A stretch of 63,743 nucleotides of DNA, counting the filler, from Licmophora abbreviata (Eukaryota): NCBI GenBank assembly GCA_900291995.1. It is 18 parts of 18 records of this genome, joined end to end, with 100 filler letters (N's around TTAATTAATTAA, not from the genome) between each part and the next. Parts side by side here need not be neighbours in the genome. Positions count along the whole stretch, not along the records: positions 39,564 to 42,221 come from OLMU01003829.1; positions 42,322 to 44,244 come from OLMU01003830.1; positions 44,345 to 47,923 come from OLMU01003831.1; positions 48,024 to 50,820 come from OLMU01003832.1; 14 more parts are not named here. One strand, 5' to 3'. Shown piece by piece: positions 40,123-50,920 of this stretch. Below the pieces are notes generated by a model. It searched no databases and was not told the DNA's origin. It worked only from the letters and a program-made list of their open reading frames with translations. The position numbers and the translations under genes are program-made. Position 1 is the stretch's first letter, and every line of letters begins with the position of its first letter.

Positions 40123-40884
40123 TCAGCCGTTCTGGCGCATCATCCGGAACGCCGCCGAGGCGCCCCAGCCTGCCGCGATGGCGATGGCCAGCGACATCAG
40201 CCCGTAGATCATCGGTTGTTCACGAGACAGCGTGTAGATCCACCGTTCCAGCCCGACCTTGCGCACCTCGATCGCCGTTTCGAACTGCGATATCACCGCG
40301 CCGCCGCGCGTGAGCAAAATGCGGGTCTGATACGAGCCTTCCGTCAGGTTCGCCGGCAGCTCGATCGCGGTGCGGAACAGCGTCTGCTCGTCCAGCGCCA
40401 CGGCGCCTTCCAGCATCTGGTAGCTGAGGTTCTTCTTGCGGATCCGGATCAACGCATCGGTGAAGGTCTGCGCATCCGCCACCTCGGCAGGGGCGCCCAC
40501 CGACCGGATCGCCCGGTTGATCGACACCCGGTGCCGCAGATCCTCGACATTGCTCAGCACCTGTTCCAGCGGACGGGTCGTCGCCACCGCATAGAAACTG
40601 GGCGCGGCGTCGATCTCGACCGCGTCGGTATTGACCCAGATGCCCAGCACCCGCTCCTTGCGGCGCATGGTCAGCGGCTTCGACGGCCCCGCGATCGTCA
40701 CGATCACGTCCAGCGGCTCATCGGGGATCGCTTCCTGCCGCTTGACCGCGCCGAACACCAGCACCTCCGAGCCTTCGAAGGTCGCCGTGATCCGCACCTT
40801 GTCGCTCGACAGGCCCAGCACCACCTCTTCGGCGGTCGCCGGCATCGCCATCAGACAGATCAGCAGGGCAAGGCGCCTCAGCAT
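40123..40884 (-). CDS. TIGR02186-family membrane protein
   Basis: I.ATFEGSEVLVFGAV, RRKER..GIWVN, LFR..I.LPANL..G.Y, KVGLER; follows the TauE gene. Confidence 0.85.
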   Translation of the reverse strand: MLRRLALLICLMAMPATAEEVVLGLSSDKVRITATFEGSEVLVFGAVKRQEAIPDEPLDVIVTIAGPSKPLTMRRKERVLGIWVNTDAVEIDAAPSFYAVATTRPLEQVLSNVEDLRHRVSINRAIRSVGAPAEVADAQTFTDALIRIRKKNLSYQMLEGAVALDEQTLFRTAIELPANLTEGSYQTRILLTRGGAVISQFETAIEVRKVGLERWIYTLSREQPMIYGLMSLAIAIAAGWGASAAFRMMRQNG

Positions 40885-40885
40885 C

Positions 40886-41803
40886 TCAATGTCCCCCAGC
40901 CGCGCCGATGGAATACAGCTCCGAAGGTTGTAGCAACAGATCGAAGGCCAGCTTGAAACACACCGCCAGCACCATCATCGCCAAGAGGATGCGCAATTGT
41001 TCGGCCTTCATCTTCGTGCCGATCTGCGTGCCGATCTGTGCGCCGATCACGCCCCCGATCAGCAACAGCACCGCCAGCGCCACATCCACGGTGAAGTTCG
41101 TGGTGGCATGCAGCATCGTGGTGAAAGCCGTCACGAAAATGATCTGGAAGAGCGACGTGCCCACAACCACCTTGGTCGGCATGCCCAAAAGGTAGATCAT
41201 CGCCGGGACCATGATGAAGCCGCCGCCGACCCCCATGATCGCCGCCAGGATACCCACCGATATACCCACCAGAACCGGGGGAATCACACTGATGTAAAGA
41301 CCGCTGGTCCGAAACCGCATCTTGAACGGCAGCCCGTGGATCCAGTTGTGCTTCTTGCGCTTGGGCACCACCTTGCCCGACCGGGTCTGCCGGATCGCGC
41401 GCAGGCTTTCGAAGAACATCATGCCGCCGATCACGCCAAGGAACACGACGTAACACAGCTTGACCAGCAGATCGACCTGACCCATCGACTTGAGGTAGTT
41501 GAACACCACCACGCCGAACCCGGCGCCGATCAGGCCGCCGATGAGCAGCACGGTGCCCATCCTCAGATCGACGGTCTTTCGCCGCAGATGCGCGAGCACC
41601 CCCGAAAAGGACGAGGCGACGATCTGGTTCGCCTCGGTCGCCACGGCCACAGCCGGCGGAATGCCGATGAAGAACAACAGCGGCGTCATCAGGAAGCCGC
41701 CGCCAACCCCGAACATGCCCGAAAGCACGCCCACCATGCCGCCCAACCCCAAAAGGAGGAAGGCATTGACCGACACCTCGGCTATGGGCAGGTATATTTG
41801 CAT
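40886..41803 (-). CDS. Sulfite exporter TauE/SafE family protein
   Basis: MQIYLPIAE, SGMFGVGGGFLMTP, MGVGGGFIMVP, GTSLFQI. Confidence 0.9.
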   Translation of the reverse strand: MQIYLPIAEVSVNAFLLLGLGGMVGVLSGMFGVGGGFLMTPLLFFIGIPPAVAVATEANQIVASSFSGVLAHLRRKTVDLRMGTVLLIGGLIGAGFGVVVFNYLKSMGQVDLLVKLCYVVFLGVIGGMMFFESLRAIRQTRSGKVVPKRKKHNWIHGLPFKMRFRTSGLYISVIPPVLVGISVGILAAIMGVGGGFIMVPAMIYLLGMPTKVVVGTSLFQIIFVTAFTTMLHATTNFTVDVALAVLLLIGGVIGAQIGTQIGTKMKAEQLRILLAMMVLAVCFKLAFDLLLQPSELYSIGAAGGH

Positions 41804-41934
41804 GGCTGTTCCTAGACGCAGTTTCCCTCGCATTGCAAGAGATCAGACCGCCCGGATCCCGTCAGGCCCGATCAATTCTGCTAAACTGGACTTATCTTTC
41901 GGATTATCTGGACCGTGCTCTGATGCCCCCCGGC

Positions 41935-42449
41935 TCAAAGCTTTTTTGTCAGGATAAGCGCATCCGCGCGCCTGCCATCGTCCAGCCGGTAATACCCTTC
42001 GCGCCGCGCGCTCTGCTGATATCCCGCCGCCAGATACAGCGCCACCGCCGCGCCATTGGTCTCGGCCACCTCCAGAAAGGCCTGTACGGCGCCGCGCCTG
42101 CGCGCCTCGTCCTCGAAGGCGGCAAGACAGGCCCGCCCAAGCCCCTGCCGCCGGGATGCGGGATCGGTGGCCAATGTCAAAAGCTCGGCCTCGTCCGCGA
42201 TCACCCGGCCAAGTGCAAAGGNNNNNNNNNNNNNNNNNNNNNNNNNNNNNNNNNNNNNNNNNNNNTTAATTAATTAANNNNNNNNNNNNNNNNNNNNNNN
42301 NNNNNNNNNNNNNNNNNNNNNTCCAGAAGGGCCGCGAATTCCGATGCCTGCCATGCGCGCGACTGACCGGCGAAGGCACGGTCGTGCAGCCGGGCCAGCG
42401 CATGTGCCTGATCCTTCCCCGGGACCAAAAGCGCCAGCGCGCCCGTCAC
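41935..42449 (-). CDS. rimI: RimI-like GNAT acetyltransferase (spans a linker)
   Basis: N-terminus ...LARLHDRAF...W.ASEFAALL; C-terminus EAELLTLA..P..RRQGLG, FLEVAETN..A.ALY, R.GYY; follows tsaB. Confidence 0.82.
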
Positions 42450-43030
42450 TCCAGAATCACCGGAGGCGCGTCGCGCGACGGGGCAGCATCGGCAGGCTTG
42501 ACGTAAAGCGGCGCGGGGGCTGTGCCGGTATCGGCCGTCGCCGCGATCCGGGCGATGGTCTGGGCCAGCTCTGCGGCATCGGGCAGGCCCGCCCGTGTCA
42601 GGCCAAGCGCCGCGATCTCGTCATCGTCCGCGAGGCGCGGACCGCCTCCGGGCGGACGGATATAGCTCAGCCCGCGAGGCCCCGGAATGCAGGGCAGCGT
42701 CGTGGCGTCGCGTTCGAAGCCGGCCACGTCAAAGCCGGACACGCCCACGGCCGGCACCTCGAGCGCAAGCGCGAGGCCGCGTGCGGCCGAGACGGAAATC
42801 CGTATGCCAGTGAAATTGCCGGGGCCGATGCCCACCGCGATCCGGTCCAGATCGGCCCATGTGGCGCCGCCTTCTGCCAGTATCTCGGTGAGCAGGGGCA
42901 TTAGCCGTTCGGCCTGTCCGCGTCCCATCTCTTCGGCGCGCGCCGCCACGATCCGGTCGCCGCGCAGCAAAGCGGCCGCGCAATGCGCGGCCGATGTGTC
43001 GAATGCCAGTATCACAGGGGTGTCAGACAC
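42446..43030 (-). CDS. tsaB: t6A biosynthesis protein TsaB
   Basis: ILAFDTS, AERLMP, GIGPGNFTGIRI, PLY. Confidence 0.93.
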   Translation of the reverse strand: MSDTPVILAFDTSAAHCAAALLRGDRIVAARAEEMGRGQAERLMPLLTEILAEGGATWADLDRIAVGIGPGNFTGIRISVSAARGLALALEVPAVGVSGFDVAGFERDATTLPCIPGPRGLSYIRPPGGGPRLADDDEIAALGLTRAGLPDAAELAQTIARIAATADTGTAPAPLYVKPADAAPSRDAPPVILE

Positions 43031-43586
43031 CAACCGGGCGCACCTCGGTCACTTCGGGGATGTAGTGGCGCAGCAGGTTCTCGATCCCCATTTTCAATGT
43101 GATCGTGGACGAGGGGCAGCCCGCGCAGGCGCCCTGCATATGCAGATAGACCACGCCGCGCTCGAAGCCGTGGAACGTGATGTCGCCGCCATCCTGTGCC
43201 ACGGCGGGACGCACGCGGGTATCCAGCAGTTCCTTGATCTGGCCCACAATCTCGGAATCCTCGCCCTCGTGGGCGGCATGGCCCGAGGCGTGCTCGGCAT
43301 CCACCGCCATGACCGGCTGACCGGATTGGAAATGCTCCATGATCGCCCCAAGGATGGCGGGTTTGATATGGTCCCATTCGGCGTCGTCGGTCTTGGTGAC
43401 GGTGACGAAGTCATTGCCGAAGAACACGCCCCGCACGCCCTGAACGCTGAACAGCCGCGTGGCAAGCGGCGACTTGTCCGAGGCTTCGGCGGTCGGGAAA
43501 TCAGCGGTTCCCGCTTCCAGCACGGTTTGTCCGGGCAGGAATTTCAGCGTCGCGGGGTTCGGTGTGGATTCGGTCTGAATGAACAT
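43023..43586 (-). CDS. nfuA: NifU/NfuA-family Fe-S carrier
   Basis: MFIQTESTPNPATLKFLPG, VRPAVAQDGGDI, GACAGCPSS. Confidence 0.92.
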   Translation of the reverse strand: MFIQTESTPNPATLKFLPGQTVLEAGTADFPTAEASDKSPLATRLFSVQGVRGVFFGNDFVTVTKTDDAEWDHIKPAILGAIMEHFQSGQPVMAVDAEHASGHAAHEGEDSEIVGQIKELLDTRVRPAVAQDGGDITFHGFERGVVYLHMQGACAGCPSSTITLKMGIENLLRHYIPEVTEVRPVGV

Positions 43587-43672
43587 GTGTCGCGCCTTTC
43601 CAGTGGTTCCTCAAGATATGCGCGCGCAGGGCGCAGCTGTCAAGGATTGGAACGATTCTAAACTGTCTCTGT

Positions 43673-43975
43673 GTCTTGAGTGGGTCTGTGTCCGGAGTGG
43701 CCATGTGTGTTCAGCGAGCCTGTGTGTCGGGGGTCTTGGGGGACCGTGTCTCGGGGGACCATGTCTCGGGGGGCCTGTGTTGTTGGGCCTGTGTTGTTGG
43801 GCCTGTCTGGTTGGGCCTGTCTGGTTGGGCCTGTCTCGTGGGGCCTGTCTTGGGGGCCTTGTGTCTTGCGGGTCTTGAGTGGGCCTGTGTCCGCAGTGGC
43901 CATGTGTGTTCAGCGAGCCCGTGTCTTGGGGATCTCGGTTGCTGTGTCTTGTGGGGCCAGTCTCGTGGGGCCTGA
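43673..43975. repeat. Compound minisatellite: two ~53-bp direct repeats flanking degenerate 14-15-bp GGGCCTGT units
   Basis: GTCTTGAGTGGG(T/C)CTGTGTCCG(G/C)AGTGGCCATGTGTGTTCAGCGAGCC(T/C)GTGT at 43673 and 43872; between them GGGCCTGTGTTGTT x2, GGGCCTGTCTGGTT x2 and variants. Confidence 0.9.
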
Positions 43976-44359
43976 AAACCGCATGGGTCCGGTCAGATAC
44001 ACAGAGTTTCAGACATTCCCTGCCTCGTGGGTCTGTATCGTGGAGTGGCCTGTCTCGTGCAGCCCCCTGCAAAGCCCTCCTAAGCCCTGCAAAGGCCTGT
44101 GTCGCCGTCACCGGACCACAGCCTCGCACGTCACATATCTCTCCCGCCGCAGGGCGGATCACCGCCAGAAGCCCGTCCCGAACCTTCTCGGCCCACCGCG
44201 ATAGCCACCGCCATCGCCATCGCGAACCCCGCCCATGCAGCGCCNNNNNNNNNNNNNNNNNNNNNNNNNNNNNNNNNNNNNNNNNNNNTTAATTAATTAA
44301 NNNNNNNNNNNNNNNNNNNNNNNNNNNNNNNNNNNNNNNNNNNNTGCAGCGCCATGCCT

Positions 44360-44539
44360 TCACCCATCGACGCGCGCCTCTTCCGCCGCTTCAAGGCTCT
44401 GCAGATCGCCCATGCTCACCAATGCCGCCACCGGTTGACCATGGTGGGTGATAACCAGCCGGTCACCGGTGGCGGTGGCGTGATCCAGAAACGCGCGCCA
44501 GTTCTCGCGGAGTTTGCGGCTGCTTGTTCGGACATGCAT
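44360..44539 (-). CDS. Phd/YefM-family antitoxin-like protein (no toxin seen)
   Basis: SRKLRENWRAFLD.A...GDRLVITHHGQPVAALVSMGDL matches the Phd N-terminal DNA-binding pattern; GAGG RBS. Confidence 0.8.
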   Translation of the reverse strand: MHVRTSSRKLRENWRAFLDHATATGDRLVITHHGQPVAALVSMGDLQSLEAAEEARVDG

Positions 44540-44778
44540 GAAGCACCTCGGGTCAGAGTGATCTTTCGCACTCTGCCGCACAAAGGTTAACATACGCTTT
44601 CCGCGCCGCGCTTTACCGCTGGAATTTTATCCGTCTGACAGGTGGCGGGCGCCTGCCCCAAGCGCCTTTTGCGTACGACATGGACACAAATTCCGCGCCT
44701 TGGTCCGATTTCCGTCCTGAACGCGTGTATGTTTCGTACGAACCCTACACAACTCGCGACCTTGGCCGGACCCGGCGC

Positions 44779-45234
44779 TCAGGTGATGGACTCGAGCCGT
44801 TCCTTGCTCAGGTCGCCCGGCACAATGGTGATCGGAATCGGCAGGCTGCCCGAGTTTCTCGACAATTGCGTGACCAGCGGTCCGGGGCCCTTCTTGCCGG
44901 TGCCCGCACCCAGCACCAGGACGCCGATTGCGGGATCGGCCTGCACCTGCGCGATGATCTCCGAGACCGGCTCGCCCTCGCGAATAACCAGTTCAGGATC
45001 AACGCCTTGCTTGTCCCGCATCCATTTTGCGAAGACCTCGAAATGCGCCTCGATCCGCTCGCGGGCCTCCTCGCGCATGATGTCGCCCACCCCGATCCAG
45101 TGGTTGAACTCTTCCGGCGGAATCACCGCCAGGATCTCGACGCCCGCATTGGTATGCGCTGCCCGCATCGCGGCGAACCGCATCGCGTTCAGGCACTCTC
45201 GGCTGTCATCCAGGACGACCAGAAACTTGCGCAT
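44779..45234 (-). CDS. Universal stress protein
   Basis: KFLVVLDDS, IREG, VLVLGA...GPGPLV, PITIVP. Confidence 0.9.
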   Translation of the reverse strand: MRKFLVVLDDSRECLNAMRFAAMRAAHTNAGVEILAVIPPEEFNHWIGVGDIMREEARERIEAHFEVFAKWMRDKQGVDPELVIREGEPVSEIIAQVQADPAIGVLVLGAGTGKKGPGPLVTQLSRNSGSLPIPITIVPGDLSKERLESIT

Positions 45235-45322
45235 GTGTATTCTCCTCGGTCCGGCATCATGATCGCGATTTGCGCTCGGGGCAATAGAATCATTTCAAGT
45301 GATTGCGATATAAGGAAATTAC

Positions 45323-46342
45323 TCAGTCAAAAGTGCCCGCAACCCGCCCCAGAAGCATGAAGGCGCGCGCCGTTCTCGTGTCGGAAATCTGCGATATCTC
45401 AGCATCCGTCGCGGTTTGCGCGAACTGCGTGAACATCCTGTCATATAGCCTCAGGAAGTGGTGCGCGGCATCCCGAAAGATCGGGTCCTGCTTCATCCGT
45501 GCGGCCGTCAGCGCAAGCGACGACCGGTCGCGCACCCCGCCAAGCGCCGCGACGGCTCGCCCTCTTTCGCCCGATGCGAAACGTCGCCACAACTCGGGCC
45601 GGGCCATGTCGGGGGTCAGGTCATCCATGTAGATGCCATCATGCGACATCAGGGTCAGCACGTCCTGTGCAGCCTGGATCAGCTGGGCTGTCTTGCGGTC
45701 CTTCAGCGCCTTGCGCAGCGCGGCAAAGCCGTCGCGGTCATCGGTGGTTTCCGGAAAGTGCAGGGCGCGGATGAAATCGCTTTTTCCCAGTGGCGGCAGC
45801 ATCTCGTCTGCCGTGGTGCCCAAGGGCAGCGCCACCTGATCGTCGATGACCTGCGGTTCGGCGGGCGGCTGTGCCGCCACCTGCGCCAGTTCGGCATGCC
45901 GGGTCGACGAGAACATCGCCAGCGTGGTTTCGGCCTTGCGCTGTGCCGCTGCGATCTCTTCGAGCTTCTGGGTGACGGTGGGTTCGGTCATCGTGTGGCG
46001 TGTCTGATTTTGCGCGACATAGGCCTGCCGGATCGCGTCGATCGCGGCCTGCAGGCGCTGGCTTTCCTCGCGCATCACCTTCGACGCGCGGGCCGCCGTA
46101 GCTGCCACCCAGATCATGGCGACCGGCATGAAGATCGCCAGCATGATCATCATGAAGCGCAGCACGCCCCCCGGCGCTGCGGCGGTGCCATCGGTATCCA
46201 TCACCACGAATAAGACCACTGCCCCAAGCAGCCAGGCAGCCGAAAGCGCCAGCGCGATCACCTCTATTCCAGTGATCCGCTCTTTGGCGGTCTTGTCATA
46301 TATGCCCAACGGAGTCGCGGGCGGGTCCTTGCGCTCGGGCAT
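45323..46342 (-). CDS. Conserved hypothetical membrane-anchored protein
   Basis: 339 aa; two N-terminal TM helices, a coiled-coil segment and C-terminal RTARAFMLLGRVAG.F; downstream of greA. Confidence 0.8.
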   Translation of the reverse strand: MPERKDPPATPLGIYDKTAKERITGIEVIALALSAAWLLGAVVLFVVMDTDGTAAAPGGVLRFMMIMLAIFMPVAMIWVAATAARASKVMREESQRLQAAIDAIRQAYVAQNQTRHTMTEPTVTQKLEEIAAAQRKAETTLAMFSSTRHAELAQVAAQPPAEPQVIDDQVALPLGTTADEMLPPLGKSDFIRALHFPETTDDRDGFAALRKALKDRKTAQLIQAAQDVLTLMSHDGIYMDDLTPDMARPELWRRFASGERGRAVAALGGVRDRSSLALTAARMKQDPIFRDAAHHFLRLYDRMFTQFAQTATDAEISQISDTRTARAFMLLGRVAGTFD

Positions 46343-46357
46343 GGGATCCTGTGCCTG

Positions 46358-46828
46358 TCAGATATATTCGACCTTTAGCACTTCGTAGGATTTCTCGCCA
46401 CCGGGTGTCCGCACTTCGACGCTGTCGCCCGCTTCCTTGCCGATCAGCGCGCGCGCGATCGGAGATTTCATGTTGAGAAGACCGTTTTCGATGTTGGCTT
46501 CGTATTCCCCGACGATCTGCCAGGTCTTTTCCTCATCGGTATCTTCGTCCACGAGCGTCACCGTCGCGCCGAATTTGATCGGACCCTTCAACTTGGTCGG
46601 ATCGATGACCTCGGCGCGGCTGATCACGCCTTCCAGTTCCTTGATGCGACCCTCGATGAAGGACTGTTTTTCCTTGGCCGAATGATATTCCGCGTTTTCG
46701 GACAGATCGCCATGCTCGCGCGCTTCCGAAATCGCACGGATGATTGCCGGGCGTTCCTCGGATTTGAGTTGCTTGAGTTCAACCTCAAGGGCCGTGTGGC
46801 CCCTGCGGGTCATGGGAATCTTCTCCAT
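46358..46828 (-). CDS. greA: Transcription elongation factor GreA
   Basis: [36 protein letters not shown]. Confidence 0.97.
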   Translation of the reverse strand: MEKIPMTRRGHTALEVELKQLKSEERPAIIRAISEAREHGDLSENAEYHSAKEKQSFIEGRIKELEGVISRAEVIDPTKLKGPIKFGATVTLVDEDTDEEKTWQIVGEYEANIENGLLNMKSPIARALIGKEAGDSVEVRTPGGEKSYEVLKVEYI

Positions 46829-47089
46829 CGTAACTGTCCACTTCTTTTGCGGCTTGGGTCCTGTGATCCCGTCGGTTCGCGTCTGAATTTTCGCCAGATT
46901 GCCCGCATGGGGCAGTGCATTGCAATAGGGGATGATCAGGGGAGGCGCTTTGTGGTGCGGCAAAGTTGTATTTTGCCGGTTCCATATATGAATTACGTCG
47001 TGTTTCAATTGACGCCCGACGCGATGGCACGCTAACCACGTGCGCAACTTTGTTACCGGACCGCAAGGCCTTGGGAAAGGATTGACCAG

Positions 47090-48831
47090 ATGTCTGACGC
47101 GATACGCGAAGCGATGGAATACGATGTGGTGATCGTTGGGGCTGGGCCTGCGGGCCTGTCGGCGGCGATCCGGCTCAAGCAGCTTGATCCGTCGCGCGAG
47201 GTGGTCGTGCTGGAAAAGGGGTCTGAAGTCGGGGCGCATATCCTGTCGGGCGCGGTGCTTGACCCGTGCGGTCTGGATGCGCTGATCCCGGATTGGAAAG
47301 ACAAGGGCGCGCCGCTCAATACACCGGTAAAGCAGGACAATTTCTACCTTCTGGGCGAGGCTGGCCGCTTGCGCGTGCCGAACTTTCCGATGCCGCCGCT
47401 GATGAACAACCACGGCAATTACATCGTCTCGATGGGCAATGTCTGCCGCTGGATGGCCGAGCAGGCCGAAGAGCTGGGCGTCGAGATTTTTCCCGGCATG
47501 TCCTGTTCCGAACTGATCTATGGCGAGAATGGCGAGGTGAAGGGCGTTGTGGCGGGTGAATTCGGCAAGAACCCCGACGGCACGCCCGGACCTGCCTATG
47601 AGCCCGGTATGGAGTTGCTCGGCAAGTATGTGTTCCTATCCGAAGGCGTGCGCGGCAGCCTGTCGAAAGAGGTCATCGCCAAATACGATCTGAGCGCCGG
47701 CAAAGAGCCGCAGAAATTCGGCCTCGGCATGAAGGAAATCTGGGAGATCGACCCCGAAAAGCATAACGAGGGCGAGGTGACCCATACGATGGGCTGGCCG
47801 CTTGGCGCGAATGCAGGCGGCGGATCGTTCATCTATCACCTTGAAAACAATCAGGTCTATGTCGGCTTTGTCGTCCACCTTAACTACAAGAACCCGCATC
47901 TTTACCCCTATATGGAATTCCAGNNNNNNNNNNNNNNNNNNNNNNNNNNNNNNNNNNNNNNNNNNNNTTAATTAATTAANNNNNNNNNNNNNNNNNNNNN
48001 NNNNNNNNNNNNNNNNNNNNNNNGCATCACCCGATGCTTGCCGAGCTTCTGAAGGGCGGCAAGCGCGTGGCCTATGGCGCGCGGGCGATTTCCGAAGGCG
48101 GGTATCAATCGATGCCCAAGATGGTCGCGCCCGGTGTCGCGCTGCTTGGCTGCTCGGTGGGCATGGTCAACGTGCCCCGCATCAAGGGCAATCACAATGC
48201 CATGCTGTCGGGAAAGGCCGCGGCGGAGGCCGCACATGACGCGCTTGAGGCGGGCCGCTCGAGTGACGAGTTGAGCGCCTATGAGGACGAGGTGCGCAAC
48301 GGCGCCATTGGCAGCGACCTCAAGAAGGTGCGCAACGTCAAGCCGCTCTGGTCGAAATATGGTCTGGGCGCGTCGCTGGCGATGGGCGGTCTGGATATGT
48401 GGACCAACACACTGGGCTTTTCTGTGCTCGGGACCCTCGGCCATGGCAAAAACGATGCCGAGGCGACGGAACCCGCCAGCAAGCACAAGCCGATCGACTA
48501 CCCCAAGCCCGATGGCAAGCTGAGTTTTGATCGCCTGACCAATGTCAGTTTCTCGATGACCAACCACGAGGAAAGCCAGCCCGCGCATCTGACGCTCAAG
48601 GACGCGTCCGTGCCGATCAGCGTCAATCTGCCGAAATATGATGAACCGGCACAGCGTTACTGTCCTGCTGGCGTTTACGAGGTGGTCAGCGAAGAGGGTA
48701 AGGACCCCAAGTTCGTCATCAATTTCCAGAACTGCGTGCATTGCAAGACCTGCGATATCAAGGACCCCAGCCAGAACATCAACTGGGTGACACCGCAGGG
48801 CGGAGACGGACCGAACTATCCCAATATGTGA
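47090..48831 (+). CDS. ETF-ubiquinone oxidoreductase (spans a linker)
   Basis: [49 protein letters not shown]. Confidence 0.96.
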
Positions 48832-48947
48832 GCCGGATGTTGAAACTGCCGGTGCGGGGCGGCTCTTGGGTCGCCCCGCATTGCCTTGTGAGGCGCATCA
48901 TACTAGATAAGTGTGCAAGCTAGGTAATAACTTCGAGGCAGGCTGTC

Positions 48948-50663
48948 GTGACATCGAAAACCCTTACCGCCTTGCTGGTGACGGCGCTTCTGCCGCTGAC
49001 AGCCCCTCCCGTTATCGCTGATGAGGCAATAGGCTCGTATCTGGCCGCGCAGCAGGCGCGCGCCGACAATGATTTCACAGCGGCGGCCGAGTATTTCACG
49101 CGTGCGTTGACCGAGGATCCCGGCAATCCGGCGATCCTGGAAAATGCCGTGGTGGCGCATATCGCACTGGGCAATTTCGATCGCGCCGGGCCGGTGGCGC
49201 GCAAGATGCAGGCCGATGGGTTCCAAAGTCAGATCGCTCATATGGCGATGATCGCCGATGAGGCCGAGCGCGAAGATTACGACGCACTCTTGGCGCGGAT
49301 TGCCGAAGACCGTGGCGTTGGCCCATTGGCAGACGGGCTGATCCTGGCTTGGGCGCATCTTGGCAAAGGCGACATGCGCACCGCGCTTGGGCATTTCGAC
49401 GATGTGTCCGAGCAGCGTGGCTTGCGTAGTTTTGGCCTTTACCACAAGGCCTTGGCGCTGGCTTCGGTTGGCGATTTCGAGGGCGCCGATCAGATTTTTT
49501 CCGGCGACTCGGACGAACCCATGCAGAGCACGCGGCGCGGCACGATTGCATGGGCCGAGGTTCTCAGCCAGCTTGAACGCAATGAAGATGCTGTCGCGCT
49601 GATCGACGAGCTGTTCAGATCGGATCTCGATCCCGAGGTGCAACAGCTCAAGGATCGTCTGCTCGCGGGCGAGCAGGTGCCATTCACGCGGATCCGCAAT
49701 GCGCGCGACGGTCTGTCCGAGGTGTTCTTTTCGCTTGGCCGCGCCTTGCTGTCTGATACGGGCGGGGCCTATGCGCTGCTTTATTCACGGGTTGCCGAGC
49801 ATCTGAATGCCGATCATACCGATGCGATCCTGATGTCGGCGGAGATACTCGAAAGTCTCGATCAGTTCGATTTGGCGACCAAAACCTATGCCAAGGTCCC
49901 GCGCGACAACCCGTCGTTCTATGCTGCCGAGCTTGGCCGCTCCGAAAGTCTTCGTCGCGCCGGAAAGACCGACGCGGCTATCGAAGTTTTGGACCAGCTT
50001 GCCAAAACCCATGGCGACATCCCTTCTGTTCATGTCGCCGTCGGTGACTTGCACCGCCAGAGCGAAGATTACGAACAGGCGATTGCAGCCTATGATCTTG
50101 CTCTGGAGCTTTATGCCGAACGTGAGACAGATCAGTGGTTCGTCCATTATGCCCGTGCCATCAGCTATGAAAGACTGGGGGTATGGGAAAAGGCCGAAGC
50201 TGATTTCCGCCGTGCGCTTGAGCTTAATCCCGAGCAGCCCCAGGTTCTGAATTATCTCGGGTATTCGCTGGTCGAAAAGCAGATCAAGCTGGACGAGGCG
50301 CTGGACATGATCGAGCGCGCGGTCGCCGCGCAACCCAATAGCGGCTATATCGTCGACAGTCTGGGATGGGTGCTCTATCGCTTGGGCCGGTATGACGAGG
50401 CAGTGCAGCATATGGAGCGCGCTGCCGAGCTGATGCCTGTCGATCCGGTGGTCAACGATCACCTTGGCGATGTTCTTTGGGCCGTAGGCCGCAAGGTCGA
50501 AGCTGAATTTCAGTGGAAGCGCGCGCTGTCATTCGTGGACCTGGACAATCCATCTCCGGATATCGACCCGGACCGTATCCGACGCAAACTTGAGGTGGGT
50601 CTTGACCAGGTTCTCGAGGAAGAGGGCGCACCGCCTTTGAAGGTGGCCGATGATGGTGGTTGA
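48948..50663 (+). CDS. Tetratricopeptide-repeat protein (exported)
   Basis: Signal peptide; [30 protein letters not shown]; upstream of ispE. Confidence 0.9.
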   Translation: MTSKTLTALLVTALLPLTAPPVIADEAIGSYLAAQQARADNDFTAAAEYFTRALTEDPGNPAILENAVVAHIALGNFDRAGPVARKMQADGFQSQIAHMAMIADEAEREDYDALLARIAEDRGVGPLADGLILAWAHLGKGDMRTALGHFDDVSEQRGLRSFGLYHKALALASVGDFEGADQIFSGDSDEPMQSTRRGTIAWAEVLSQLERNEDAVALIDELFRSDLDPEVQQLKDRLLAGEQVPFTRIRNARDGLSEVFFSLGRALLSDTGGAYALLYSRVAEHLNADHTDAILMSAEILESLDQFDLATKTYAKVPRDNPSFYAAELGRSESLRRAGKTDAAIEVLDQLAKTHGDIPSVHVAVGDLHRQSEDYEQAIAAYDLALELYAERETDQWFVHYARAISYERLGVWEKAEADFRRALELNPEQPQVLNYLGYSLVEKQIKLDEALDMIERAVAAQPNSGYIVDSLGWVLYRLGRYDEAVQHMERAAELMPVDPVVNDHLGDVLWAVGRKVEAEFQWKRALSFVDLDNPSPDIDPDRIRRKLEVGLDQVLEEEGAPPLKVADDGG

Positions 50664-50820
50664 GGCCTTCGCCCCCGCCAAAGTCAATTTGTCTTTGCAT
50701 GTGACGGGCCGCCGGCCTGACGGGTATCACCAACTGGATTCTCTCGTCATGTTCGCCGATATCGGCGACCGGATCGAGGTCGAGCTGTCCGACAGCGCCT
50801 CTCTCACCGTCGAGGGAGAG
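50650..50820 (+). CDS. ispE: CDP-ME kinase, 5' fragment
   Basis: [26 protein letters not shown]. Confidence 0.92.
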
Positions 50821-50920
50821 NNNNNNNNNNNNNNNNNNNNNNNNNNNNNNNNNNNNNNNNNNNNTTAATTAATTAANNNNNNNNNNNNNNNNNNNNNNNN
50901 NNNNNNNNNNNNNNNNNNNN

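Noticed and set aside
43673..43975. Possible CRISPR array
   Set aside because: Only two long repeats, the intervening DNA is itself repetitive rather than unique spacers, and there are no cas genes in the window.
43579..44296. Several overlapping ORFs across the minisatellite
   Set aside because: Low-complexity translations of an A-poor repeat that lacks stop codons; no RBS or family motifs.
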